Source: Bacteroidales bacterium
GTDB lineage: Bacteria > Bacteroidota > Bacteroidia > Bacteroidales > Bacteroidaceae
Length of the DNA: 64,000 bases
Assembly: GCA_029218405.1 (NCBI GenBank)
Contig: JAQXRG010000095.1
Coordinates: forward strand, 2,399 to 66,398
Reading direction: 5' to 3'
Translations under genes and position numbers: made by a program
Notes under the pieces: model-generated
Databases searched by the model: none
Told to the model about the DNA's origin: nothing
What the model saw: the letters and a program-made list of their open reading frames with translations, nothing else
Shown: positions 36,032 through 45,804 of the stretch, one piece after another
Numbering within the stretch: the stretch's first letter is position 1
Layout: the number at the start of each line of letters is the position of its first letter

Positions 36032-36418
36032 ATGCTCAAAACATTACTTTGTATAGGTGCCGGCAGTTGCCTGGGAGGCATGCTCCGTTACCTGCTCTCC
36101 AGGTTTTTTCTGGGGCTTATCCCTGCTGCTTTCTTTCCGATAGGTACGTTTCTGGTCAATCTGGCCGGCTGTTTTGCCATAGGCTTCTTCAGCGGCTTGT
36201 ACGAGAACGGGACGTTGCTGAACCCTCAGCTGAAGCTCTTCCTGACCGTTGGCTTTTGTGGCGGTTTCACCACTTTCTCCACCTTTATCAACGAGGATGC
36301 CTCCCTGTTGCGCGAAGGTCAGTTCCTTTCCTTGTGCCTCTATACGGGCGGCAGTCTCTTTGCGGGTTTTGTCCTTTTGCAGGTGGGGCGTTTTTGTGCG
36401 CGTCTGTTTCAAGGATGA
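36032..36418 (+). CDS. crcB: Fluoride efflux channel FluC/CrcB
   Basis: [14 protein letters not shown] and [12 protein letters not shown]. Confidence 0.95.
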   Translation: MLKTLLCIGAGSCLGGMLRYLLSRFFLGLIPAAFFPIGTFLVNLAGCFAIGFFSGLYENGTLLNPQLKLFLTVGFCGGFTTFSTFINEDASLLREGQFLSLCLYTGGSLFAGFVLLQVGRFCARLFQG

Positions 36419-36439
36419 CGGTCGTTTTTCACCCTATTT

Positions 36440-36677
36440 CTTGCGTATTTCAGAAATTAATTCTATTTTTGCCTAAAATAGAAGATGCCGTTTGGCGAAG
36501 TCAAGGCGGTAGGAGAGTAAGACTCTATAAATGAATATTTTATGAAAAAGTCATTTATCTTTTTTCGCGAAATATTCAATGGGATGAGGATTGTCGCTGG
36601 TAAGCATGATTCCGTTTCATTTGTGTCTGTCTAGACATTTACTTACAATCATGTCTGAATTGTGAGGAGGAGAGAAT
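36440..36677 (+). promoter_or_regulatory. CPS promoter and ~200-nt leader with an ops-like element
   Basis: CTTG (36440-43), N20, TATTTTTG (36464-71); GGCGGTAG at 36505-36512. Confidence 0.6.
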
Positions 36678-37202
36678 ATGTGGTACATTGTTTACCGGGC
36701 GAAAACGAGCACGACAGAACTTACGAAAGAACTGGACCGGGCGGGGGTGGAACATTACATTCCGACTCAGTTGGTAGAGCGGCTGAATGAAGACGGCACC
36801 GAGATGGTGGAGGTGGAGGAAGTCGCTATCCGTAATTTAATTTTTCTGCGGACTGACCAAGAGCTTTATTCCATCGTGGACCGGATAGAAGGGATTCGTG
36901 CCCCTTTCAGGGATACCATGACCGGTAAGCCGGCAGAGGTAGGCGATGCCGAAATGAACCGGTTCATCGCGATATTGAAAGTCCATCCCTCAGGAATCAA
37001 GCTGTTGCATGACCCGTATGCAAAGTTTGCCGACCGTCCTTTGGTACGGGTAAAGGCAGGCTTGTTTGAAGGAATGGAGGGTCGTGTGGTGCGGGTGCTC
37101 CGGGATCGCAAGTTGGTGTTGGCCGTGGGACAGATGGCGATAGCTGTATCCGGCATTCATCGTTCGTTGTTGGAATATGTGGAAGAATCGAATGAAAAGT
37201 AA
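36678..37202 (+). CDS. upxY: UpxY-like NusG-family antiterminator
   Basis: MWY start, HYIP, NLIFL and KOW motif VRVKAGLFEGMEGRV; heads the CPS locus. Confidence 0.85.
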   Translation: MWYIVYRAKTSTTELTKELDRAGVEHYIPTQLVERLNEDGTEMVEVEEVAIRNLIFLRTDQELYSIVDRIEGIRAPFRDTMTGKPAEVGDAEMNRFIAILKVHPSGIKLLHDPYAKFADRPLVRVKAGLFEGMEGRVVRVLRDRKLVLAVGQMAIAVSGIHRSLLEYVEESNEK

Positions 37203-38016
37203 AATCTGGAAGTATGGACTCTGTGTCCTATTGCCGATAGGGCTTGCAGCGTGTACAGTGCCGGCCAATTTTACGTATTTTCAAGATGCGGAGGCTGTGT
37301 GGGGCATGGTCGTGCAGGAAGAACAGCCGTTCCGCCTGCGACCCGAAGACAAGATCAACATAGTGGTCAGCAGTTCCGATCCGCTGCTGACGGAACAGTT
37401 CACGTTGTCCGTGGCCAGTGCTTCCCGTACGTTAGGAGCTTCTGTTAGGCCGGTCACCGAGGCTGGGATGTCTTCATCAGGCCAGTTGCTGGCCTATACG
37501 GTCGATGAGCAGGGAGATATCCAGTTTCCTGTGCTGGGAAAAGTGGCCGTCAGTGGCAAGACCCGTTCTGAGGTGGCGGCGTATATTGCCCGCCGATTGG
37601 TGGAGCGTGAGTTGGTGCTGGATCCTGTTGTGACCGTGGAATATGTCAATTTGGGGGTCAATGTTCTGGGAGAAGTCGTCCGTCCGGGACGCGTTGCCAT
37701 TACCAAGGACCATTTTACGGTCCTTGATGCCATTGCCGCCGCTGGCGACCTGACCGTGAATGGTTTGCGGACCAATGTGATGGTCTGCCGTCAGGTGGAC
37801 GGCGAGGACAGGACCTATTTCTTGGACCTGTGCAGCCGGCAGGACTTGCTTACCTCGCCTGCGTATTACTTGCAGCAGAACGATGTGGTGTATGTGTCGC
37901 CCAACAACAAACGGATGCGCGATGCGAATGCGACGGGTAACGCATTGAGCAACCCCAGCTTTTGGATATCGGTGGTCTCGCTGTTGACCACCATTACGGC
38001 GCTTCTTGTCAGATAA
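37192..38016 (+). CDS. wza: Polysaccharide export lipoprotein (Wza-like)
   Basis: Lipobox LAAC, YFQD, YTVDEQGDIQFPVLG, VLGEV and LQQNDVVYV. Confidence 0.92.
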   Translation: MKSKIWKYGLCVLLPIGLAACTVPANFTYFQDAEAVWGMVVQEEQPFRLRPEDKINIVVSSSDPLLTEQFTLSVASASRTLGASVRPVTEAGMSSSGQLLAYTVDEQGDIQFPVLGKVAVSGKTRSEVAAYIARRLVERELVLDPVVTVEYVNLGVNVLGEVVRPGRVAITKDHFTVLDAIAAAGDLTVNGLRTNVMVCRQVDGEDRTYFLDLCSRQDLLTSPAYYLQQNDVVYVSPNNKRMRDANATGNALSNPSFWISVVSLLTTITALLVR

Positions 38017-38027
38017 TCAATAGGTTT

Positions 38028-40205
38028 ATGGATATATCCGCAAATGCTCCCGTACGCAAGCAGACCGAGGATTTCATCTCGTTGGTTGACTTGTTTCACA
38101 TTTGTTGGGCAAATAAGTGGTGGTTCGTTTGTTCTATCTTTGTGTTTGTCTCTCTGGCATCTTATAAGCTGTCCATTACTCCCAAAGTCTATACCCGGGA
38201 GGCTGCTATCATGGTTACGCAGGAGAGTCTGGGTAAGAATGCTGGGGGTAACGTGTCCGGCAATTCATTCAATGACCTCGGCTTTGTGCAGCAGAATGTC
38301 AGTGTGAACAATGTGCAGCGTCATCTGACATCATTGGACGTGCTGATGGAGGTGGTGCGGCGCCTTGGACTGGCCGAGGGGCGTGACGTGCTGCGAAGAG
38401 CCAGTGGCATCAAGGGAAGGCTGAAGGCCAGTATAGCCGATGACAAATCTACCATCATCAATCTGAAGATGACCGACTCTTCTCCCAAGCAGGCGGAGCA
38501 GATTCTTTATACGTTGGTGCAGGTATATAACGAGAAATGGGTGGAGAATAAGAACCAGGTGGTCATCAGCACCTCCCAGTTCATTGACGAGCGTCTTCGG
38601 TTGCTTGAACGAGAACTGAGCAGTGTGGATGACAGTATTTCTGCTTTCAAGCGTCGACACCAAATCACCGAACTGGGTGAAGTGGGCGGGATGTACTTGC
38701 AGCAGCAGAACCGTTCGGGAGAGGTGTTGCTCCAGTTAAGTAACCAGAAGGCGATGGCAGAATACATCCGCGACCTGTTGCAGGATGAGTCCGGAAAACG
38801 TCGGCTGCTCCCTTCCAATTCCGGTATCGGCAATACAGCGGTAGAGGCTCAAATTTCCGATTACAACGATCAATTGCAACTGTTGGGAGCGCACTTAGCT
38901 TATACGTCCGAGCAAAATCCGGTTATCCGGAACCAGATGAGGGAACTGGACCAGTTGCGGACCAGCATTATCAACAACATCAACTACCAGATAGAGACCA
39001 TCGACATCCAGTTGCAGTCGCAGGAAGGATACAGCGGTAACGCTTCCCAGAAGATTGCCGATACCCCCGGACAGGCCCAGCATCTGGCGGCCATCGAACG
39101 CCAGAAGTTGGTGAAAGAGAGTCTTTACTTGTTTTTGTTGCAGAAGCGTGAGGAGAACGAAATCAGTATGACTTATACGGCCAACAACATCCAGCTCATT
39201 GACGTGCCGAACGGTAGCGATACGCCCACTTCGCCGGTTCCCCGCACCACGTTGATGATGGCGTTGGTGGCAGGGCTCTTCCTGCCGGTGGCCGTGTTGT
39301 TTGTCAAGGAGAACCTGAACAGTACTATCCGCGATATGGATGACCTGGAGCACCGTACTGTCTTGCCTGTCATCGGTGAAATTCCGTTGGAGCGGCCCCG
39401 GAAACAGAAAGGATTCCTGCGCCTGCTGCCCCGTCGGAAGAAGGTGGATCCGCGTGCCCGTCGTAGGATTGTGGTGGAGCCGGGTAGCCAGGATTTGCAG
39501 AACGAGGCGTTCCGTGTTATCCGTAGTCACCTGGAGTTCATGACCGAAGGGGATGCCAAGGCGGAAAATGTCTATCTGTTCACTTCCCATTCTCCCGGAG
39601 CCGGGAAGACCTTTGTCTCCATGAACCTGGCGGTGGCATTGGCCATCAAGGGGCACAAGGTGCTTTTCATCGATGGCGACTTGCGCCGTGCTTCGGCCTC
39701 CGTCAGTTGGAACGCTCCCAAGTTGGGGTTGAGCAGCTATTTGGGAGGAACGGAAACCGACCTTGACGCACTGCTGCTCCGCCAGCCTTCCTATCCTACC
39801 CTTGATGTGCTGCCGGTCGGCATCATCCCACCCAATCCTACAGAGCTGTTGTCGGGTGAAAAACTGGGACAGCTCATTCAGGAAGTACGGCGCAGGTACG
39901 ACTATATCTTTATTGACTGTCCGCCTACCGCCCACATGGCCGATACCAGCATTATCGAGCATTATGCCGACCGTACCTTGTTCATTATCCGCGCCGGATT
40001 ATTCGACCGCAAGAATATTCCTGACCTGGAGATGAACGTGCAGTCAGGCCGTTACAAGCACCTGAGCCTCATCCTGAACGGAACTCAACGGTTGCCGCAC
40101 CGCGGCAATAAGTACGGTTATAACTACGGTTACGGGTATGGCTATGGCTACGGGTATTCCGAGTCTTCCGCCCGGCGCGAGAAGCGCCATTTCCTTGGTA
40201 TATAA
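38028..40205 (+). CDS. wzc: Wzc-like chain-length regulator / BY tyrosine autokinase
   Basis: Two TM helices, EAFR, PGAGKT, IDGDLR, PPNPTELL, DCPP and a C-terminal (YG)n cluster. Confidence 0.93.
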   Translation: MDISANAPVRKQTEDFISLVDLFHICWANKWWFVCSIFVFVSLASYKLSITPKVYTREAAIMVTQESLGKNAGGNVSGNSFNDLGFVQQNVSVNNVQRHLTSLDVLMEVVRRLGLAEGRDVLRRASGIKGRLKASIADDKSTIINLKMTDSSPKQAEQILYTLVQVYNEKWVENKNQVVISTSQFIDERLRLLERELSSVDDSISAFKRRHQITELGEVGGMYLQQQNRSGEVLLQLSNQKAMAEYIRDLLQDESGKRRLLPSNSGIGNTAVEAQISDYNDQLQLLGAHLAYTSEQNPVIRNQMRELDQLRTSIINNINYQIETIDIQLQSQEGYSGNASQKIADTPGQAQHLAAIERQKLVKESLYLFLLQKREENEISMTYTANNIQLIDVPNGSDTPTSPVPRTTLMMALVAGLFLPVAVLFVKENLNSTIRDMDDLEHRTVLPVIGEIPLERPRKQKGFLRLLPRRKKVDPRARRRIVVEPGSQDLQNEAFRVIRSHLEFMTEGDAKAENVYLFTSHSPGAGKTFVSMNLAVALAIKGHKVLFIDGDLRRASASVSWNAPKLGLSSYLGGTETDLDALLLRQPSYPTLDVLPVGIIPPNPTELLSGEKLGQLIQEVRRRYDYIFIDCPPTAHMADTSIIEHYADRTLFIIRAGLFDRKNIPDLEMNVQSGRYKHLSLILNGTQRLPHRGNKYGYNYGYGYGYGYGYSESSARREKRHFLGI

Positions 40206-40233
40206 GTAGGATTGTCCCCTAATAGACGACGAT

Positions 40234-41787
40234 ATGCGAAACGAATCAAGAATTTATAAATCATGGATGAATACCAAGGTGAACTTGCTATTCTATCTGT
40301 TGATGACCGTTGTCACGTTTTTCTCCCGGAAGATTTTCTTAGATAGGTTGGGAGCCGACTTCATCGGTCTGACAGGCACCTTGCAGAACATATTGGGCCT
40401 TCTCAACCTGGCCGAACTGGGCATTGGCTCGGCCGTGAGTTTCGTGCTCTATAAGCCGTTGCGGGAGGGCGACAAGCAAGCCATTTCTGAGATTGTCTCT
40501 GTATTTGGGTATTATTACCGCAAGATTGGCATCATCGTCTTAGGGATTGCTGTGTTGGTCAGTCTGTTTTTCCCTTTCATCTTCAAGGAGTCAGTCTTTG
40601 ACAACAGCCTGATTTATTTTGCGTTTTACGCCTTTTTATTGTCCTCATTAATCGGCTATTTTGTCAATTTCCGCCAAATCCTGCTGACGGCCGACCAGAA
40701 GAAGTATGTGGTGACCGCTTATTTCCAGACAGCGAACTTAGTGAAGATACTCATTCAGGTAGTTGTTGCCTTGTATGCTACCAACCTGTATGTTTGGGTG
40801 GCCATTGAATTGAGTTTCGGGCTTCTTTATGCAGTGATTCTGAATTGGAGAATCCGACAGCATTATCCTTGGCTGAAAGCTACCGTAAAGAAAGGAGATC
40901 GCGAACGCCGCAACTATCCCATCATTATTTCGAAGACGAGACAGGTCTTTATTCACAAGTTCAAGGACTTTCTGTTGAGCCAAAGTGACCAGATACTGAT
41001 TTTCGCGTTTGTCTCGTTGAAGATGGTGGCCTATTACGGCAACTATGTCATGGTGGTGTCGAAGGTGACCATGCTGTTCTCGACCGCCATGGACGGTATG
41101 TTTGCCAGTGTGGGAAATCTGATTGCAGAAAATGACCAGAAGAAAATCCAGAAAGTCTTTTGGGAGTTGGTCTGCTTACGTTTTTTTATCGGAGGGGTGG
41201 TTGTCTTCTGTGTCTATCACTTGATGGTGCCTTTCATTACGTTGTGGGTGGGTCCCCAATATATCTTGGACCACTCCATCTTAGTCTTGCTGATGGTGAG
41301 TACCTTTATTATGCTGACCCGAGGTGCGGTCGATATGTTCAATGCTGGTTATGGTAATTATGGCGATCTTTGGGCTGCTTGGACGGAGGGCGTGATATGT
41401 CTGGTGGTGACGCTTCTTGTCGCATCCGAATGGGGGTTAGCAGGCATTCTGGTTGGGAAGATTGTCAGTCTGGTTCCCATTGTTGTCATTTGGAAACCCG
41501 TGTATCTGTACCGTCAGGGTTTCCATTTGCCTCTAAAAGAGTATTGGAAAGGGGTCTTTCCGTATTACGTCGCTTTTGGTGCAGCTTTCCTGTTGCTGCA
41601 TTTCATGGCTGATTGGATACCGGTTTGCCCCTCAGAGGGCATATATCCGTTGGTGGCCTATGCTGTCATTATTTGCACCGGGTTCATAGCGGTGTATTCC
41701 GTATTGCTTTATTGGCTGGCAGATGGAGCTAAGTCATTGATAATAAGAATGGTTGATGTGATTGACGCAAAACGAAGAAAGTCATGA
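40234..41787 (+). CDS. wzx: Wzx flippase
   Basis: Multi-TM protein; LNLAELGIGSA...LYKPL. Confidence 0.88.
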   Translation: MRNESRIYKSWMNTKVNLLFYLLMTVVTFFSRKIFLDRLGADFIGLTGTLQNILGLLNLAELGIGSAVSFVLYKPLREGDKQAISEIVSVFGYYYRKIGIIVLGIAVLVSLFFPFIFKESVFDNSLIYFAFYAFLLSSLIGYFVNFRQILLTADQKKYVVTAYFQTANLVKILIQVVVALYATNLYVWVAIELSFGLLYAVILNWRIRQHYPWLKATVKKGDRERRNYPIIISKTRQVFIHKFKDFLLSQSDQILIFAFVSLKMVAYYGNYVMVVSKVTMLFSTAMDGMFASVGNLIAENDQKKIQKVFWELVCLRFFIGGVVVFCVYHLMVPFITLWVGPQYILDHSILVLLMVSTFIMLTRGAVDMFNAGYGNYGDLWAAWTEGVICLVVTLLVASEWGLAGILVGKIVSLVPIVVIWKPVYLYRQGFHLPLKEYWKGVFPYYVAFGAAFLLLHFMADWIPVCPSEGIYPLVAYAVIICTGFIAVYSVLLYWLADGAKSLIIRMVDVIDAKRRKS

Positions 41788-42605
41788 AGTATCCTAAGAT
41801 TACAGTAGTTACTGTGTGTTATAATGCAGCCGCGGAGATAGCATCTACCATGCGGTCTGTGCTCAACCAGTCGTATGACAATCTGGAATATATTCTGGTG
41901 GACGGCGCATCGAAGGATGACACACTGGACATTATCCAGAAAGTTTGTGCCGAGTTCCCATCGGCCGACATTACTGTTCGTTCCGAGCCGGATAACGGCA
42001 TCTTTGACGCTATGAACAAGGGGATTGAATTGGCGACAGGTGATTGGATTAATTTTATGAATGCAGGCGATATGTTCGCGGATGCCAATGTAGTGCGTGA
42101 TTTTTTCCATATAGCGGATCTTACGCCCCCTAACGACATTATTTATGGGGATACTATCCTGAAATATCCCTTTGGCTGTTATTATAAGGATTGTAAGCCG
42201 AAGCATGCAGCGAACATCACATGGTGTCATCAGTCCTTGTTCGCCAGGGTATCGCTGATGAAACGTATGCGTTTCAACGTCAGATACAAGTATAATGCAG
42301 ACCATAATTTTATCGTTCAGTCTCAGAAACAAGGAAGCCGTCTTGTTTATTTCCCTAGGGTGGTAGCTTGCTATAAGGATTATGACGGGTTCTCTACGCT
42401 GAATACCTGCAAACGAACCATCGATACCTACGAGATTGAGGGATGGCCCAAAGACTGGAGATATTACTATCTGGTGGTAAGAAATTTCATACAATCGACT
42501 TTTCATATCAGGAGCTTTCGGGGAAATCTGGAGGCTCGGAAGTTGCAGTCTGTGGAAGCAAATACACGGCTGCGGAGAATAGCGGATGTAGTGCCCTGGT
42601 GGTGA
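41784..42605 (+). CDS. GT2 glycosyltransferase
   Basis: VVTVCYN, VDGASKD, GIFDAMNKG and FMNAGD. Confidence 0.92.
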   Translation: MKYPKITVVTVCYNAAAEIASTMRSVLNQSYDNLEYILVDGASKDDTLDIIQKVCAEFPSADITVRSEPDNGIFDAMNKGIELATGDWINFMNAGDMFADANVVRDFFHIADLTPPNDIIYGDTILKYPFGCYYKDCKPKHAANITWCHQSLFARVSLMKRMRFNVRYKYNADHNFIVQSQKQGSRLVYFPRVVACYKDYDGFSTLNTCKRTIDTYEIEGWPKDWRYYYLVVRNFIQSTFHIRSFRGNLEARKLQSVEANTRLRRIADVVPWW

Positions 42606-42630
42606 TAAACAAATGTAAACAACCATTTTC

Positions 42631-43728
42631 ATGAAGAAAAAGATCTGTTTCAATATCGCAGACATCCATTCAAAAGGGGGGGAGGAAAGGATGTGTACGA
42701 CACTGGCCAATTCGTTGGTGAGAAAGGGGTACACAGTGTGTATTTGCTCTTTTTTCTCCCATAAAGATGCATCCCTTTTCTACCCGGTTGATGCTGCCGT
42801 CAACATCTGTCATTTATTGGGGAGTTTTTGGGAACGGCGTGTCCATCAGTTCTTCCCAGGGCTGAAATATGCGGAGACCAAGTATAAATCGTACCTGAAA
42901 AAGAAGGATATAGAGGTGATTATTGACGTGGATACTGACCGGACTCCTTTTTCTGCTCCTATAGCCAAGGAGTTGGGCATCAAGCATATCGCATGGGACC
43001 ATTTTTACTATGGCCGGTTCAGACAGCGTGCTTGCTCTGCCCGGATTCTTCCTCATTTGTTGCACGATGTGGACAAGCTGGTTGTTCTTACGAAGGATGA
43101 TGAACGCCTGTATAAGGAAGATGCCAAGATTCCTGGGGAGAAAGTTGTACAGATCTACAATGCATCCCCGATAGAGGAGGTGGAGAGGTATCAGCACGAT
43201 CGTCCTGTCGTGCTGGCGATGGGCAGGCTGTGCTACCAGAAAGGCTTTGATATGTTGATTGAAGCCTGGCATTTAATAGCCGAACGCTTCCCTGACTGGA
43301 CATTGCGCATTGTTGGAGACGGTGAGGACAAACAGATGCTTCAGGACCAGCTCCGTCATTGGAAACTGACCAATGTCGTGCTGGTACCCGCTACTAAAAA
43401 TCCCAAAGAGGAGTATCTGAATGCAGGCATTTTTGTTCTTTCTTCTCGGTATGAAGGACTGGGACTGGTGCTTTTAGAGGCCGCAAATATGAGCCTGCCG
43501 CTTGTCTCTTTCGATTGTGATAACGGACCGAGAGAGATTATCCAGGAAGGTGTTAACGGATGTCTGGTTCCTCCTAATGATGTCCCTCAATTGGCCAAGA
43601 TTCTTCAACGAATGATGGAGGATACGGAGTTGCGTCAACGGATGTCGGCCCACGCGCTTGATACAGTTTCCTCATTCAGGACAGAACGCATCTTGCGACA
43701 GTGGATGCGTGTGATTGACGATTTGTAA
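42631..43728 (+). CDS. GT4 glycosyltransferase
   Basis: GGEER, GRLCYQKG and SRYEGLGLVLLEA. Confidence 0.92.
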   Translation: MKKKICFNIADIHSKGGEERMCTTLANSLVRKGYTVCICSFFSHKDASLFYPVDAAVNICHLLGSFWERRVHQFFPGLKYAETKYKSYLKKKDIEVIIDVDTDRTPFSAPIAKELGIKHIAWDHFYYGRFRQRACSARILPHLLHDVDKLVVLTKDDERLYKEDAKIPGEKVVQIYNASPIEEVERYQHDRPVVLAMGRLCYQKGFDMLIEAWHLIAERFPDWTLRIVGDGEDKQMLQDQLRHWKLTNVVLVPATKNPKEEYLNAGIFVLSSRYEGLGLVLLEAANMSLPLVSFDCDNGPREIIQEGVNGCLVPPNDVPQLAKILQRMMEDTELRQRMSAHALDTVSSFRTERILRQWMRVIDDL

Positions 43729-43757
43729 TGATAGATTAGCAGTTAGTTTTGTTTAGG

Positions 43758-44696
43758 ATGACATCCCCAAAAATCAGTATTATCATTCCTGTATATAAGG
43801 TAGAAGAGTATCTTGCCTGTTGCATTGACTCTGTTTTGGCCCAGACATTTTTGGACTGGGAATTGTTGTTGATCGATGATGGCAGTCCTGACCGTTGCGG
43901 ACAGATTTGTGATGCGTACGCCCGAAAGGACGGACGTATTCGTGTCTTTCATGTAGAGAACGGCGGAGTGGGAAGTGCTCGGAATATTGGAATAAGACAG
44001 TCACAAGGAGAATGGCTGACCTTCATAGATAGTGACGATTGGATAGCCCCCGATTTCATCGCTTCGTTGATACAACCTGCCATGGATGATCCTTATCTGG
44101 ATTTTATCCATGGAGGCTGTCAGAATTATCAAGATCCTGTCGGTTATTCTATCAATCAACAGTATGATTATTATAAAGGTGAAGATGTTTGTAAACTGCT
44201 TAATCTATTTAGAGGATTGGTTTTCTCCAAATTATTTAAAAAAAGTATCATTGATAAGGCAGACCTTTATTTTGATGAGCAAATGAAAATAGCTGAAGAT
44301 TATGTATTCACGCTTGACTACTTGGCTCATGTCCATGGTTATTGTTTTATTGAATCCACCGGGTATTTCTACCGTTTCCGTCCAATGTCAGCCACGAAAT
44401 CGGGAAAACGGAGAGAGGCAAAGGAACAATTAATCGGACTGGCTCATCATATCACTTCGTTGCAATACTATCAGTGGAAGAAAGGAGTGAGCGACCAACA
44501 AGCAGTTAAGCGTTGGACGGCTATTTCCACTATTGCTTTTGGCATTATTCGTGAGCAAGGTTTTTTCCGTATGGAGAAGAAAGCAGCACATCAGTTGGTG
44601 GACAGCATCAGAAGAAGTCATTTGCTGAAGTACCAGCCTGCTTTGTCCAAGCGTTTGTATATGTGCATGTTTATGATTTTCAGATTATTTGTTTGA
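43758..44696 (+). CDS. GT2 glycosyltransferase
   Basis: IIIPVY, IDDGSPD, SARN, FIDSDD and AED. Confidence 0.92.
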   Translation: MTSPKISIIIPVYKVEEYLACCIDSVLAQTFLDWELLLIDDGSPDRCGQICDAYARKDGRIRVFHVENGGVGSARNIGIRQSQGEWLTFIDSDDWIAPDFIASLIQPAMDDPYLDFIHGGCQNYQDPVGYSINQQYDYYKGEDVCKLLNLFRGLVFSKLFKKSIIDKADLYFDEQMKIAEDYVFTLDYLAHVHGYCFIESTGYFYRFRPMSATKSGKRREAKEQLIGLAHHITSLQYYQWKKGVSDQQAVKRWTAISTIAFGIIREQGFFRMEKKAAHQLVDSIRRSHLLKYQPALSKRLYMCMFMIFRLFV

Positions 44697-44722
44697 GGAA
44701 TTCTTTAAAGATTCGAATAAAA

Positions 44723-45772
44723 ATGTCTGCATTCGTAAGTCAAAGAATAGAATACATTGATGCCATGCGTGGTTTCACTATGCTTTTGGTAGTGATGGCA
44801 CATGTTTCCCAGTTTTGTTTGGGGTTGCATGGGTATGAAGGCTTTTCGTTCAATCAGATGATGACCGAGTTTCGGATGCCTTTGTTCTTTTTTGTCAGTG
44901 GTTTTGTATTGTTCAAACCAGGTTATCACTGGAATCTCAGCAATATCGTCCGGTTCCTGCAAAAAAAGATTATGGTACAGCTGATTACTCCGACAGTTTT
45001 CTTGTTTGTCAGCGTGTATTTACGCAGTTTGAACTTCATTGACAGCCTGTGCAATCCGATGAAGGAGGGATATTGGTTTACCTATACGCTCTTTGTGTTC
45101 TTTGTTTTTTATATCGTAGCTCAATGCTTGCTGGATGTGTGGCAAATCAGAGGTTGGAGGAAGGATGTGTGTCTGCTGCTCTTTGCCTGTGCTGTTTATG
45201 TGCTGGGCCCATTGGGATATGAACTGCCTGTGAATGTCCGGATCATTGACGCTTTAGGGACTATGCAATGGCAGTATTTCTTCTATTTTATGATAGGAAA
45301 TAGGCTGAGGAAGCACTTTGAGCGATGGGAACGGCTGATGGACGGCCCGTTGCTCGTGTCGGTAGCGATAGTGGTCTTTTTTAGCTTTAATATCTTCCGC
45401 CCCTTTTTTTGGAACTTTTCCCCCTCTCTTTTCTGTCTATTGACCGCTTTGTCCGGTCTGCTGCTTGTGCTCGCTTTCTTCAGAACGAATGCAGCTGTTT
45501 TTTCAGGTGGAACTGTTGTGGGCCGATTGTTCCAGTATGTGGGTAAGCGGACGCTCGACATTTACTTACTACATTATTATTTCGTGTTTTCTAATTTGGG
45601 GGATGTATTGCCAGATTTCTCTCTTTATAAGGAACCGTTTTCTGAATTGTTGGTCTCCTTTGCCGTTTCCATCATTATCATTGCATTTTGCCTAATGATT
45701 TCCTCAATTCTGAGGTTGAGCCCAGTGATTGCCCATTATGGATTTGGACAAAAGAAGTTGGTTGGAAAGTGA
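44723..45772 (+). CDS. Acyltransferase-3 family (membrane O-acyltransferase)
   Basis: IDAMRG, VMAH, MPLFFFVSG, YWF and IYLLH. Confidence 0.9.
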   Translation: MSAFVSQRIEYIDAMRGFTMLLVVMAHVSQFCLGLHGYEGFSFNQMMTEFRMPLFFFVSGFVLFKPGYHWNLSNIVRFLQKKIMVQLITPTVFLFVSVYLRSLNFIDSLCNPMKEGYWFTYTLFVFFVFYIVAQCLLDVWQIRGWRKDVCLLLFACAVYVLGPLGYELPVNVRIIDALGTMQWQYFFYFMIGNRLRKHFERWERLMDGPLLVSVAIVVFFSFNIFRPFFWNFSPSLFCLLTALSGLLLVLAFFRTNAAVFSGGTVVGRLFQYVGKRTLDIYLLHYYFVFSNLGDVLPDFSLYKEPFSELLVSFAVSIIIIAFCLMISSILRLSPVIAHYGFGQKKLVGK

Positions 45773-45804
45773 AAGTAAATTAAGCAACAAGGAGTTAGTA
45801 TATC

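Noticed and set aside
36419-36677. Invertible CPS promoter
   Set aside because: I could not find inverted repeats bracketing the promoter by eye, and there is no adjacent invertase.
40110-40157. Tandem TAYGGN repeats
   Set aside because: They encode the normal Wzc C-terminal tyrosine cluster.
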